A stretch of 64,000 nucleotides of DNA, from positions 1 through 64,000 of the IMG/VR virus record IMGVR_UViG_3300020045_006302; one strand, 5' to 3'. Positions within the stretch are counted from its first letter, which is position 1. Each line of letters opens with the position of its first letter. The stretch comes from a virus. Its lineage: Duplodnaviria > Caudoviricetes. Shown piece after piece: positions 41,850-49,611 of the stretch. The notes beneath the pieces were generated by a model. That model had not been told where the DNA came from. It saw only the letters and a program-made list of their open reading frames with translations, and did no database searches. A program made the translations under genes and the position numbers.

Positions 41850-42460
41850 AAACAATAATACGTTTAGTAGCATCATTAATTACAATTATAGTAATATCAT
41901 TAATAGCACATTACGATAATGAAGAAATTGCAGTAATATTAGGAGGAAGTGGATTTGCATTAGTATGTTTTCTGTTTATATTAGAAGATAGTATAATAGA
42001 ATGGTTTCATAATATTAAAACTGATGAAGAATTAGGATTTAGTAATGAAATTCAAGATTATGGTCCTAAAGAAATGCCTATTAATAATATTCAGAAAGAA
42101 TATAATGATAATAAAGTAAAAACTTTAGAAGATAAAGATTATGATTTACCTTATAATACTAATGAAAGTAAAGAAATACCAGTATCAGAAGAATTTAATT
42201 CATATTTTCCTAAATTTCCTAAAGAAGGATTAAAAGTTATTAAAATTTCTATTGAAAAAGGTAAAGATTTTCATAAATATAAAATGTTTAAAGGATTAGT
42301 AGGAGTAACATTAGGGCAATTTAAAAATAATTGTGTTATTAAATTTCCTACAGAAGATAATAATATAGTTTATAAAGATGTATATCAAGTAGGATTTGTA
42401 AAAGTAAAAGAAAGTGAAAAAAGGATAGAAATTGAAATAAGTAATGAGATAATAGAGTAA
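41846..42460 (+). CDS. Two-TM hypothetical protein with SH3-like C-terminus
   Basis: 204 aa, two N-terminal TMs, beta-rich end. Confidence 0.6.
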   Translation: MKTIIRLVASLITIIVISLIAHYDNEEIAVILGGSGFALVCFLFILEDSIIEWFHNIKTDEELGFSNEIQDYGPKEMPINNIQKEYNDNKVKTLEDKDYDLPYNTNESKEIPVSEEFNSYFPKFPKEGLKVIKISIEKGKDFHKYKMFKGLVGVTLGQFKNNCVIKFPTEDNNIVYKDVYQVGFVKVKESEKRIEIEISNEIIE

Positions 42461-42813
42461 AATGTTGTTGTAGATAATTAAATTTTACTAATTTATTATG
42501 AAAGTAGGAGTGGATAAGTAGACTCAAGATAATAATACGTACGCCAACACGTTATTCCTTATCCTCTACATAATTCTACTCCTACACATTCATACACAAC
42601 TCAAATAATACTACAATTCTCACATTTACACAATTCTCACAATAATTCAAAATTACTTCAAATTCTTCAAATTTTTAATAAAATTAAATCACAACCTACA
42701 ACAATGCAATCAAAATACCCTAAAATACTCAATAAACTAAAATAAAAATAATACGAAAATCACTACAATAATACAAATTTACACATAATCCAAAATAATA
42801 CTTAAATTATTAA

Positions 42814-42849
42814 AAATTCTTTAAGTTTTTAAGGTTTAGCTTCACTCAT
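42814..42849 (+). repeat. Right copy of the 36-bp imperfect inverted repeat
   Basis: aaattctttaagtttttaaggtttagcttcactcat; 31/36 identity to the reverse complement of 39980-40015. Confidence 0.7.
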
Positions 42850-43106
42850 TTCCAATAAACCTACAAATAAACCAATAATACTAAAATAAAATACAATAAT
42901 GTAAGTAAAATTCAATATTGATTTTAAAGCCCTCTAAAGGCTCAATTTTCCTAAAATATATCAATACTCATACATAAATTTCCAATTCCGCATAATCATC
43001 CTGTGTCCTTATATTAAGGTATCAGCCGGTATGCGTAAATTGTTAAAAATTTATAACATATTAATAATCAACATATTATAAAATAGTAAATAAAATAATA
43101 AATAAA

Positions 43107-43403
43107 ATGAATACAACAATAGCACAACAAGAATTAAATAAACTTAAAGATAACGTAATAGGTTTATATAAAGAAAATGATACATATTCATTAGTAACTG
43201 CAACATATACTAATTCACAAGTAATAAAATATACTAATTCAGATTTAACTTTTGATTGTATTAATATAACTAATTTTGGTATTATACAAGAAGAATACAA
43301 TAGACCAAATAGAGGAATATTAAAACTATTTCCTGATAATAAAAATATGATACAAATGTTAGAATCTATTACAGATTGGTATAATTTTATAATGGAATTT
43401 TAA
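43107..43403 (+). CDS. Hypothetical early protein
   Basis: 98 aa ORF in a tightly packed co-directional array. Confidence 0.6.
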   Translation: MNTTIAQQELNKLKDNVIGLYKENDTYSLVTATYTNSQVIKYTNSDLTFDCINITNFGIIQEEYNRPNRGILKLFPDNKNMIQMLESITDWYNFIMEF

Positions 43404-43415
43404 ATAGTAATTAAA

Positions 43416-43637
43416 ATGGCAAAAGATACATATTCAATAGTACAATCTAATATGATTACTAATAAAGATTATACTCCTTATTGTGGTAATGTAAAACCTT
43501 ATTATAATTCAAAAGCCTCTTGTAATAATCCAAGAACATATTGGAATGGAGAACAAATGCAATGTCCTAATTGTGGATGGATTTCTAAATTTACAGAAGA
43601 ATTTATAAAAGAATACAAAGAGAAACATAACCTATAA
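43416..43637 (+). CDS. Small Zn-finger-like protein
   Basis: YCGN...C...QCPNCGW cysteine pattern. Confidence 0.55.
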   Translation: MAKDTYSIVQSNMITNKDYTPYCGNVKPYYNSKASCNNPRTYWNGEQMQCPNCGWISKFTEEFIKEYKEKHNL

Positions 43638-43651
43638 TAAAATATACAACA

Positions 43652-43966
43652 ATGAATACACCTGAATCATTAAAAGAATTTAAAGCAAAAATAAATTCTT
43701 TCTATTTAATTATAGAACCTATTGTAAAACATTTTAATAATCCTCAAGAAGAAACAATATTAGTATTACTTCAAAATTTAGGTTTTGATGGAGATACTTG
43801 TATGAATTATTCATTTGAAGTAGAACAAAAAAGAAGTTTAAATATAATAGAAGCAATACAAAAAGTTGCTGTATATTATGATTATCATTTACTAAATTGG
43901 ATTGTACAAGAAATTCAACATTTAGAAGTAGAAATATATCATTCTGATTTTTTAGAAGAAATTTAA
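43652..43966 (+). CDS. Hypothetical protein
   Basis: 104 aa ORF in the early array. Confidence 0.55.
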   Translation: MNTPESLKEFKAKINSFYLIIEPIVKHFNNPQEETILVLLQNLGFDGDTCMNYSFEVEQKRSLNIIEAIQKVAVYYDYHLLNWIVQEIQHLEVEIYHSDFLEEI

Positions 43967-43975
43967 ATATTACTT

Positions 43976-44245
43976 ATGAATAATTTTACTAAAGAATGGC
44001 TTACATCAACATTAGCACCAGATTCTATTAGGAACATAAAAACAACTGAAAAGCAATATTTAGATTTAATTAAAAATGAAGATAATACTATACATATTAT
44101 GGTAGTTTCTAATGATGAAAAAGTATTAGCAATAGGAGAAAGTTTTGATAGTATATTAAAATCAAAACAATATACTTATATAGAAGCTATAAAAGAAGTA
44201 GCAAGATTATTAAATATTACTAATATATCAATAACAAAATCTTAA
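43976..44245 (+). CDS. Hypothetical protein
   Basis: 89 aa ORF in the early array. Confidence 0.55.
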   Translation: MNNFTKEWLTSTLAPDSIRNIKTTEKQYLDLIKNEDNTIHIMVVSNDEKVLAIGESFDSILKSKQYTYIEAIKEVARLLNITNISITKS

Positions 44246-44347
44246 ATGAAAGAATTAACTATAGGAAAACTAATATATACTATAATTTTTGTAGTATATA
44301 TTAGGTGGTTAATAAAAGAATTTAATAATAAAGATAAAATCAAATGA
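44246..44347 (+). CDS. Possible 33-aa membrane peptide (below ORF-track cutoff)
   Basis: ATG directly after the upstream stop; MKELTIGKLIYTIIFVVYIRWLIKEF... Confidence 0.35.
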   Translation: MKELTIGKLIYTIIFVVYIRWLIKEFNNKDKIK

Positions 44348-44411
44348 TAGCAATATCCACAAATTACTACGACAAAAACGGAAATAATATAACAATTAAT
44401 ATATTTAAAAT

Positions 44412-44693
44412 ATGCAAATAATTTACATAATTATACTATTAATATGTGGTATATATTTAATAATAGAAGGAGATAAAAAATCTACTCCTTATTTATTTGT
44501 AATAGGAGGTATATTTACTGCTGCTTCTATTATAGGAACTTGTATATATGTAGATAAAACATATATAAAAGATAAACCTAAATACGAAATTCAATTATTA
44601 AATCAAACAGATGTAATAATTAAAACAGAAACACAATTAGATACTATTAAATTTGATAGTATAAATAATTATATATTAAAAGATAATTTATAA
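44412..44693 (+). CDS. Two-TM membrane protein
   Basis: 93 aa, two hydrophobic segments. Confidence 0.55.
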   Translation: MQIIYIIILLICGIYLIIEGDKKSTPYLFVIGGIFTAASIIGTCIYVDKTYIKDKPKYEIQLLNQTDVIIKTETQLDTIKFDSINNYILKDNL

Positions 44694-44965
44694 TGAAAGC
44701 AAGTTACGTTAAAAAACCAATAATAATTGAAGCTATTCAATGGAATGGTACTTCTAAATCTCATAAAGAACTTAATGATTTTATAGGAGAAGACTTAAAA
44801 ACAAGTAATGGACATACTACTAAATTATTAATTCCTACTTTAGAAGGAATTATGGAAGCTTCTGTAGGAGATTTTATTATTAAAGGTATAAAAGGAGAAT
44901 TCTATCCATGTAAACCTGATATATTTAATGATTCTTATGAACTTGTAGAACTTTTAAATTTATAA
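44693..44965 (+). CDS. Widespread small phage protein (KKP..+EA+QW...TLEG...A..GD+II+G..GEFYPCKPDIF family)
   Basis: Motif string recognisable from many phage and prophage genomes; function unknown. Confidence 0.75.
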   Translation: MKASYVKKPIIIEAIQWNGTSKSHKELNDFIGEDLKTSNGHTTKLLIPTLEGIMEASVGDFIIKGIKGEFYPCKPDIFNDSYELVELLNL

Positions 44966-44985
44966 TAAATAAAACTTAAATTAAA

Positions 44986-45159
44986 ATGTTAACAACAATA
45001 ATATTCTTCCTATCATTACTATCATCAATATTATTACTAATTATTGTATCAACAATTGATAATTATAATATATCAAATAAAATACAAGATATAATAGTAC
45101 TAATTACAGCATTAATAACTGCATTCTTATGGAGTTATTTATATTACTTATCACATTAA
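44986..45159 (+). CDS. 57-aa two-TM peptide (below ORF-track cutoff)
   Basis: ATG 44986 to TAA 45159 fills the gap; two hydrophobic helices. Confidence 0.5.
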   Translation: MLTTIIFFLSLLSSILLLIIVSTIDNYNISNKIQDIIVLITALITAFLWSYLYYLSH

Positions 45160-45168
45160 ATAAAAAAT

Positions 45169-45417
45169 ATGAAAAAAATATACTGTGAATTACATTTAGA
45201 TTTTCTAAATACATTAATAAATAATACAGATGTTAAACATGAAGTAATAACAAATACAACTACTATAAGATATTTAGTATTAGTTACATTTCATGAAGAA
45301 CAAGATGTAAAAGATTTTATAGAAATAAAAGATACTTTTAAAAAACAATATAATTTAAAAACTTCTAATAATATGTATTATAATATACATGATAAAGTAG
45401 AAACTATATTTAATTAA
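45169..45417 (+). CDS. Hypothetical protein
   Basis: 82 aa ORF. Confidence 0.5.
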   Translation: MKKIYCELHLDFLNTLINNTDVKHEVITNTTTIRYLVLVTFHEEQDVKDFIEIKDTFKKQYNLKTSNNMYYNIHDKVETIFN

Positions 45418-45472
45418 TTAAAATAATATACTAATTAAACATTGAAATAATCATCACTTAAAAATATCAAAT

Positions 45473-45967
45473 ATGTCAACAACAAAACAAGCAGTAATAT
45501 CATTAGAAACTGCAAAAGAAGCTTATAAATCAGGTTCAAATCTATTAGTAAAATTTGCATTAGGTAATTTTACAAAAGAAGAATTAGAAGAAGTAGAATT
45601 GCCTAATAAATGGGAGGATTTAGATTATATTAAAGGATTTTATGTAGATAGTATGTCTATAATTAAACCGTATTCTCAACCTACTTCAAATGCAGGTAAA
45701 AATACATTTCCTACTAAAGAATATGCAGAAGCAGCTTTAGCATTATCTCAATTACTTCAACTAAGGCAAGTATATATAGGAGATTGGGTTCCTGATTATA
45801 AAAGTGAAGGATATACTGTATATTCAATTTATGTATATAAATGTAAATTAGATACAGGAGTATTTGTAAATACACAACATATATTAAGTTTTCCTACATC
45901 AGAATTAAGAGATAAATTCTATAATAGTTTTAAAGATTTATTAGAAATAGCAAAACCATTATTATAA
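45473..45967 (+). CDS. Hypothetical protein of a Bacteroidota phage family
   Basis: A.A.LA+.QL.QLR..Y.GDW.PD...+LSFPT.ELRD.F...F.DL+E.AKPLL pattern seen in Bacteroidota phages. Confidence 0.65.
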   Translation: MSTTKQAVISLETAKEAYKSGSNLLVKFALGNFTKEELEEVELPNKWEDLDYIKGFYVDSMSIIKPYSQPTSNAGKNTFPTKEYAEAALALSQLLQLRQVYIGDWVPDYKSEGYTVYSIYVYKCKLDTGVFVNTQHILSFPTSELRDKFYNSFKDLLEIAKPLL

Positions 45968-46149
45968 TGAAAAATTCAATACAAGCAATGTTAATATGTA
46001 TTATATCAGCAATAATATTATATTTACTTCTACTATATCAATTTAAATTAGAAGAAAATTTAGCACAATTAATTACATTTCTATACTATATTATAAGAAT
46101 AGAAATAAAAGAAGTTCAATATGATATCCAAGATATTAAAAAGAAATAG
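45967..46149 (+). CDS. Small two-TM protein
   Basis: 60 aa hydrophobic; its stop codon overlaps the ribozyme. Confidence 0.5.
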   Translation: MKNSIQAMLICIISAIILYLLLLYQFKLEENLAQLITFLYYIIRIEIKEVQYDIQDIKKK

Positions 46150-46213
46150 CCGAAATACCTATTAATTTAGGTATCTTACAGAGATAATCTACTGTAACTG
46201 ATGAGGCAGATTA
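46149..46213 (+). ncRNA. Type II hammerhead ribozyme
   Basis: gcc-GAAA-taccta(ttaatt)taggta-TC-ttacag(agataatcta)ctgtaa-CTGATGA-ggc: full catalytic core and stems III, I and II. Loop I taatct pairs with downstream agatta (pseudoknot). Predicted cleavage is 3' of C46175. Confidence 0.9.
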
Positions 46214-46235
46214 ATTAACAATTAAATATAATAAT

Positions 46236-46523
46236 ATGAGTAAATTATACACAGAAGAAAAAGTAAAAGAATTATTAACATCTTTATTATTTAAAAGTCC
46301 TTCGATGGTATTTTTATATCCTGATGAAACTGTAAATGATATTGATTATAAAGGTATGTTTGGTTTTAATAATTGGATTAAAGATAATCTAAATAATGAA
46401 AATCAAAATTCAGATATAAAAGAACATCTACAATTTATATATCAACGTATGAGATTAAATCACGGAGAAAGTTCTAATGTAGATTATATGATTAAATTTG
46501 AAGAAATAATAAATAACCTTTAA
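46236..46523 (+). CDS. Hypothetical protein
   Basis: 95 aa ORF. Confidence 0.55.
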   Translation: MSKLYTEEKVKELLTSLLFKSPSMVFLYPDETVNDIDYKGMFGFNNWIKDNLNNENQNSDIKEHLQFIYQRMRLNHGESSNVDYMIKFEEIINNL

Positions 46524-46535
46524 TATATAAATACA

Positions 46536-46868
46536 ATGTCAGCTACTAAAAATAGAATGCAATGGAATACAACAGAAGATAAAATATTAGAAGAAGAAAT
46601 GTTAAAAACTACTTTTAATAAAGAAAGTTATATTATACTTGCAGAAACTTTAAATAGAACAGAAGATTCTGTTAAATCAAGAGCAAGTAAATTAAGAAGT
46701 AAATGGAAATTAAAAGAAGAAATACAAGAAACTTTTAAACCAAAAGAAGTAGATAATAGTAATGATTACGTTATAGTACAAGGTAAAATAAACTTTGGTG
46801 CTATTACTTTAGAAGGAGAATTTACTATTAAAGGTGCTTTTACTATTAAACCTATTAAAAATACATAA
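46536..46868 (+). CDS. Myb/SANT-like HTH protein
   Basis: WNTTEDKIL...IILAETLNRTEDSVKSRASKL matches the W.+EED..L...+A..L.RT..SV..R pattern. Confidence 0.65.
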   Translation: MSATKNRMQWNTTEDKILEEEMLKTTFNKESYIILAETLNRTEDSVKSRASKLRSKWKLKEEIQETFKPKEVDNSNDYVIVQGKINFGAITLEGEFTIKGAFTIKPIKNT

Positions 46869-46955
46869 TAAATTAATTTTAGAATAGTAAGAGATAATTA
46901 ATATTAATAATATAATTTCGGAAACTCTTACTATTCTTTTAAAATATATAATAAA

Positions 46956-47180
46956 ATGATAAAAAAATCTTTTTTAAAATGGTCAGAATGGCAAACAGGA
47001 TACATAAAGTTTAATAATAATGTACAAATATCATATTCAATATATAGTTGGGCATTACCTATAAATATAGAAATTGCTTCATATATAATATTTATTGATA
47101 TATTATGTTTTGGAATAAGTTTTCATACATATAAAAGCCCTTGGAGTAAAAGATATAAAAACAAAAATAAAAACAAATAA
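46956..47180 (+). CDS. Hypothetical protein
   Basis: 74 aa ORF. Confidence 0.45.
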   Translation: MIKKSFLKWSEWQTGYIKFNNNVQISYSIYSWALPINIEIASYIIFIDILCFGISFHTYKSPWSKRYKNKNKNK

Positions 47181-47182
47181 AC

Positions 47183-47428
47183 ATGAAAAAACTTTACATT
47201 ATTTTACTATTAATAACATTAACAGTAAATGCAAGAGAAAAATTAAGAATACCAAATCCGGTACAAAATGAAATATATGTAGAAAATGCTACATATATTA
47301 AAATATTCACATTACAAGGAAGATTAGTATGTGAAATACAATCTAATAAAATAGATGTATCAGGATTAGCTACAGGAATGTATTTTGTAGTAACAAATGT
47401 AGGAGAATGTACAATAATTAAAAACTAA
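47183..47428 (+). CDS. Signal peptide plus stand-alone T9SS (Por) type A C-terminal sorting domain
   Basis: MKKLYIILLLITLTVNA signal peptide, then PNPVQNEIYV, IFTLQGRLV, IDVSGLATGMYFV and terminal TIIKN, the canonical CTD pattern. Confidence 0.8.
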   Translation: MKKLYIILLLITLTVNAREKLRIPNPVQNEIYVENATYIKIFTLQGRLVCEIQSNKIDVSGLATGMYFVVTNVGECTIIKN

Positions 47429-47430
47429 TT

Positions 47431-47688
47431 ATGGACAATAAATTAAAAGTTTGGGAAATACTTCAAAATTTAATAAAAATAAATTTTAAATTATATGAAA
47501 CTTTAATAGATAATTATGCTTATTATTTTGATAAAGTTAGTAAATTAGCCGAAAGAGATTATAATTCTTATCGGGAAACTACAGAAGATTTAGGAGAAAT
47601 ATTAGTAAATTTTGATTATAAAGAAATACTAAAAGAAGATGATAAATTTTTAGAAGAATTTGAAAAACTAATAAAAATGATTAAATAA
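47431..47688 (+). CDS. Hypothetical protein
   Basis: 85 aa ORF. Confidence 0.5.
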   Translation: MDNKLKVWEILQNLIKINFKLYETLIDNYAYYFDKVSKLAERDYNSYRETTEDLGEILVNFDYKEILKEDDKFLEEFEKLIKMIK

Positions 47689-47906
47689 TGAAAAATAATT
47701 TACACATTCCAATATTTATAATAATAGGTATATTATATCTATCATTTATTCCTATTAAAACAGGAAATAGACAAATAGAATTTCCTGAAGAAATAGGATT
47801 AATACAAAAAGGAGATACAATAGTAATACATAGAAATAATGGAAACATTAAAATAGAATATTATCGTAAACCTGTAATAGATGGGACTTTATATATAGTA
47901 AAATGA
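47688..47906 (+). CDS. Small single-TM protein
   Basis: 72 aa, N-terminal TM. Confidence 0.5.
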   Translation: MKNNLHIPIFIIIGILYLSFIPIKTGNRQIEFPEEIGLIQKGDTIVIHRNNGNIKIEYYRKPVIDGTLYIVK

Positions 47907-48214
47907 ATATCTCTATTCAATATACTCAGTACAAAAATAATATATATAGAGGAACTGTATTTGAATTAATAGATATATTAGAAAATAATTATTTTTCTAT
48001 ATACGAAAGTGATGATAAATCTACTTTATATTTAAAAGATAGTAAAGAAAATAAAACTTATGAATCTTTATATAGAAATGTAATATATTGTAGAAAACAT
48101 AAAAAACAATATGCAAAAGGTACATTAGATATGTATCATTATACAATTTGGCAATTAGCTAAAAAGAGTGAAAGACTAAAAGATTTACTTAAACAATTTA
48201 ATAATTATACTTAA
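47903..48214 (+). CDS. Hypothetical protein
   Basis: 103 aa ORF. Confidence 0.5.
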   Translation: MNISIQYTQYKNNIYRGTVFELIDILENNYFSIYESDDKSTLYLKDSKENKTYESLYRNVIYCRKHKKQYAKGTLDMYHYTIWQLAKKSERLKDLLKQFNNYT

Positions 48215-48220
48215 TTAAAA

Positions 48221-48370
48221 ATGAAACCAAGAATTACAACAGGAAAATTAGTAACATCAACTAATCCAATAACAAGAAGTTTATCTTCAAGATTTAATAT
48301 AGAAGTACGATATACTCAATCGTATCGTACAATAGAAAGAACTTATAAAGATGTAGACTTTAAATGTTAA
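48221..48370 (+). CDS. Possible 49-aa basic peptide
   Basis: ATG 48221 to TAA 48370 fills the gap. Confidence 0.35.
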   Translation: MKPRITTGKLVTSTNPITRSLSSRFNIEVRYTQSYRTIERTYKDVDFKC

Positions 48371-48397
48371 ATCCGGCTTAAAACTGGATTTTATTTT

Positions 48398-48405
48398 TAT
48401 CTTTG
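48398..48405 (+). promoter_or_regulatory. Bacteroidota -7 promoter element TATCTTTG
   Basis: Exact TAnnTTTG followed by CA in an intergenic gap; no clear TTG at -33, where a small hairpin lies instead. Confidence 0.5.
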
Positions 48406-48578
48406 CAACTGGTTAGTAATAGGCACATTGAGTGCTGAAATTGGGCATGTGAGCCATTAATTTGGTCGTAGTATAGTTAGGTGTGGTTATTTAATTTGCT
48501 TGCCTTACATCGAAGATTTTAGCATTCTTTATGCTTTCCCAATAGAAAGATAATCAATAACTTAAATATATAATAAAA

Positions 48579-48980
48579 ATGATTAATGTAAATTCAATTA
48601 ATTTATCAGCAGGATTAATACTTGTAGACGTAGATGAAGCATATAAAGTAGTAGAAGCTAAAAAAAGAAATAAAGCAATAAGTAATACTATTACTACGGG
48701 AGTTGTTATTTCCGATGCTCAAATAGATGAATATGGAAGAAAACAACAAATGCGTACAGGTAAAGTAATGAAAATGTCTAATGACGTAAAAGAAACTTTA
48801 AAGGTAAGAAAAGATGGACTGGAAGTTCTTGTAGAGGGAAGCGTTATAGTCTTTAATGCTTTAGCAATGGAAACATTTGATATACCTATATATGAAGAAT
48901 CCGGAGAAGTAAGAAAAGAATTTAAAAATACTGCAACAATGCATATTAACTCTGTAATTGCAGAATTAAAAAATGAATGA
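48579..48980 (+). CDS. GroES/Cpn10-like co-chaperonin
   Basis: ILVDV...TTGVVISD...KQQMRTGKVMKM...EGSVIVF...HINSVIAEL parallels GroES VLV/TAGGIILPD/KPQEGEVVAV/VGDKVLF/EDDILAI. Confidence 0.55.
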   Translation: MINVNSINLSAGLILVDVDEAYKVVEAKKRNKAISNTITTGVVISDAQIDEYGRKQQMRTGKVMKMSNDVKETLKVRKDGLEVLVEGSVIVFNALAMETFDIPIYEESGEVRKEFKNTATMHINSVIAELKNE

Positions 48981-49203
48981 AATTCCGTCAATACCTATAA
49001 TACTATTAATAATAGATAGTAGATATTCTGAATTAAGTACATTTAATCCCTACAAAGCTACTGTAGGGATTTTTCAATATATACAAGAAGATGAAACAGT
49101 AATTCATCTTATAAAACCTACTGCACAATATAAAAATATTGGTATAGTAAGTAGAAAATCGGATATAACTATAGTTGACCAAATAATCATTAACTTAAAT
49201 TAA
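48973..49203 (+). CDS. Hypothetical protein
   Basis: 76 aa ORF. Confidence 0.45.
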   Translation: MNEIPSIPIILLIIDSRYSELSTFNPYKATVGIFQYIQEDETVIHLIKPTAQYKNIGIVSRKSDITIVDQIIINLN

Positions 49204-49386
49204 ATGGATTTAAGTAAATATCCAAGATTAGTAGGAAAACCCATTCCTATAGAAAATATGTCAAAAGCATATTTACAAAATCAAATAGAAAGAATTAACC
49301 ATGTAAAAGTAAATAAACCTTATAAAGAAAATTTACTTAAAGAATTAAAACATAAACTAACATTTAGATTTAAATACTTAAAATAA
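49204..49386 (+). CDS. Hypothetical protein
   Basis: 60 aa ORF. Confidence 0.45.
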   Translation: MDLSKYPRLVGKPIPIENMSKAYLQNQIERINHVKVNKPYKENLLKELKHKLTFRFKYLK

Positions 49387-49392
49387 GATATT

Positions 49393-49608
49393 ATGAGAGA
49401 AAGAAACACAATAGATGCTATAATTAAAAGAGCAAAAATTACATTAGAAATGCATGCTAATCAATTTATAGGTAAAAATCCTTATGTATTTACACCTAAA
49501 GAAGAAAGAGCAGAAGCTATGAAAAATACAAGTACTTCTAATAAATTTAGAGTAAAGAAAAGATTAGCTAAAAAAGCACGTAAACAAATGTATGCAAATC
49601 GTAAATAA
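49393..49608 (+). CDS. Small basic protein
   Basis: 71 aa, K/R-rich C-terminus. Confidence 0.55.
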   Translation: MRERNTIDAIIKRAKITLEMHANQFIGKNPYVFTPKEERAEAMKNTSTSNKFRVKKRLAKKARKQMYANRK

Positions 49609-49611
49609 AAA

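Noticed and set aside
39540-42900. CRISPR array or tandem repeats in the low-complexity tracts
   Set aside because: No regularly spaced identical repeats; only short recurring words such as acaattctcac.
48455-48490. tRNA-like start (ggtcgtagtatagttagg)
   Set aside because: No T-arm GTTC motif, no acceptor-stem closure, no cloverleaf. No tRNA gene was found in the window.
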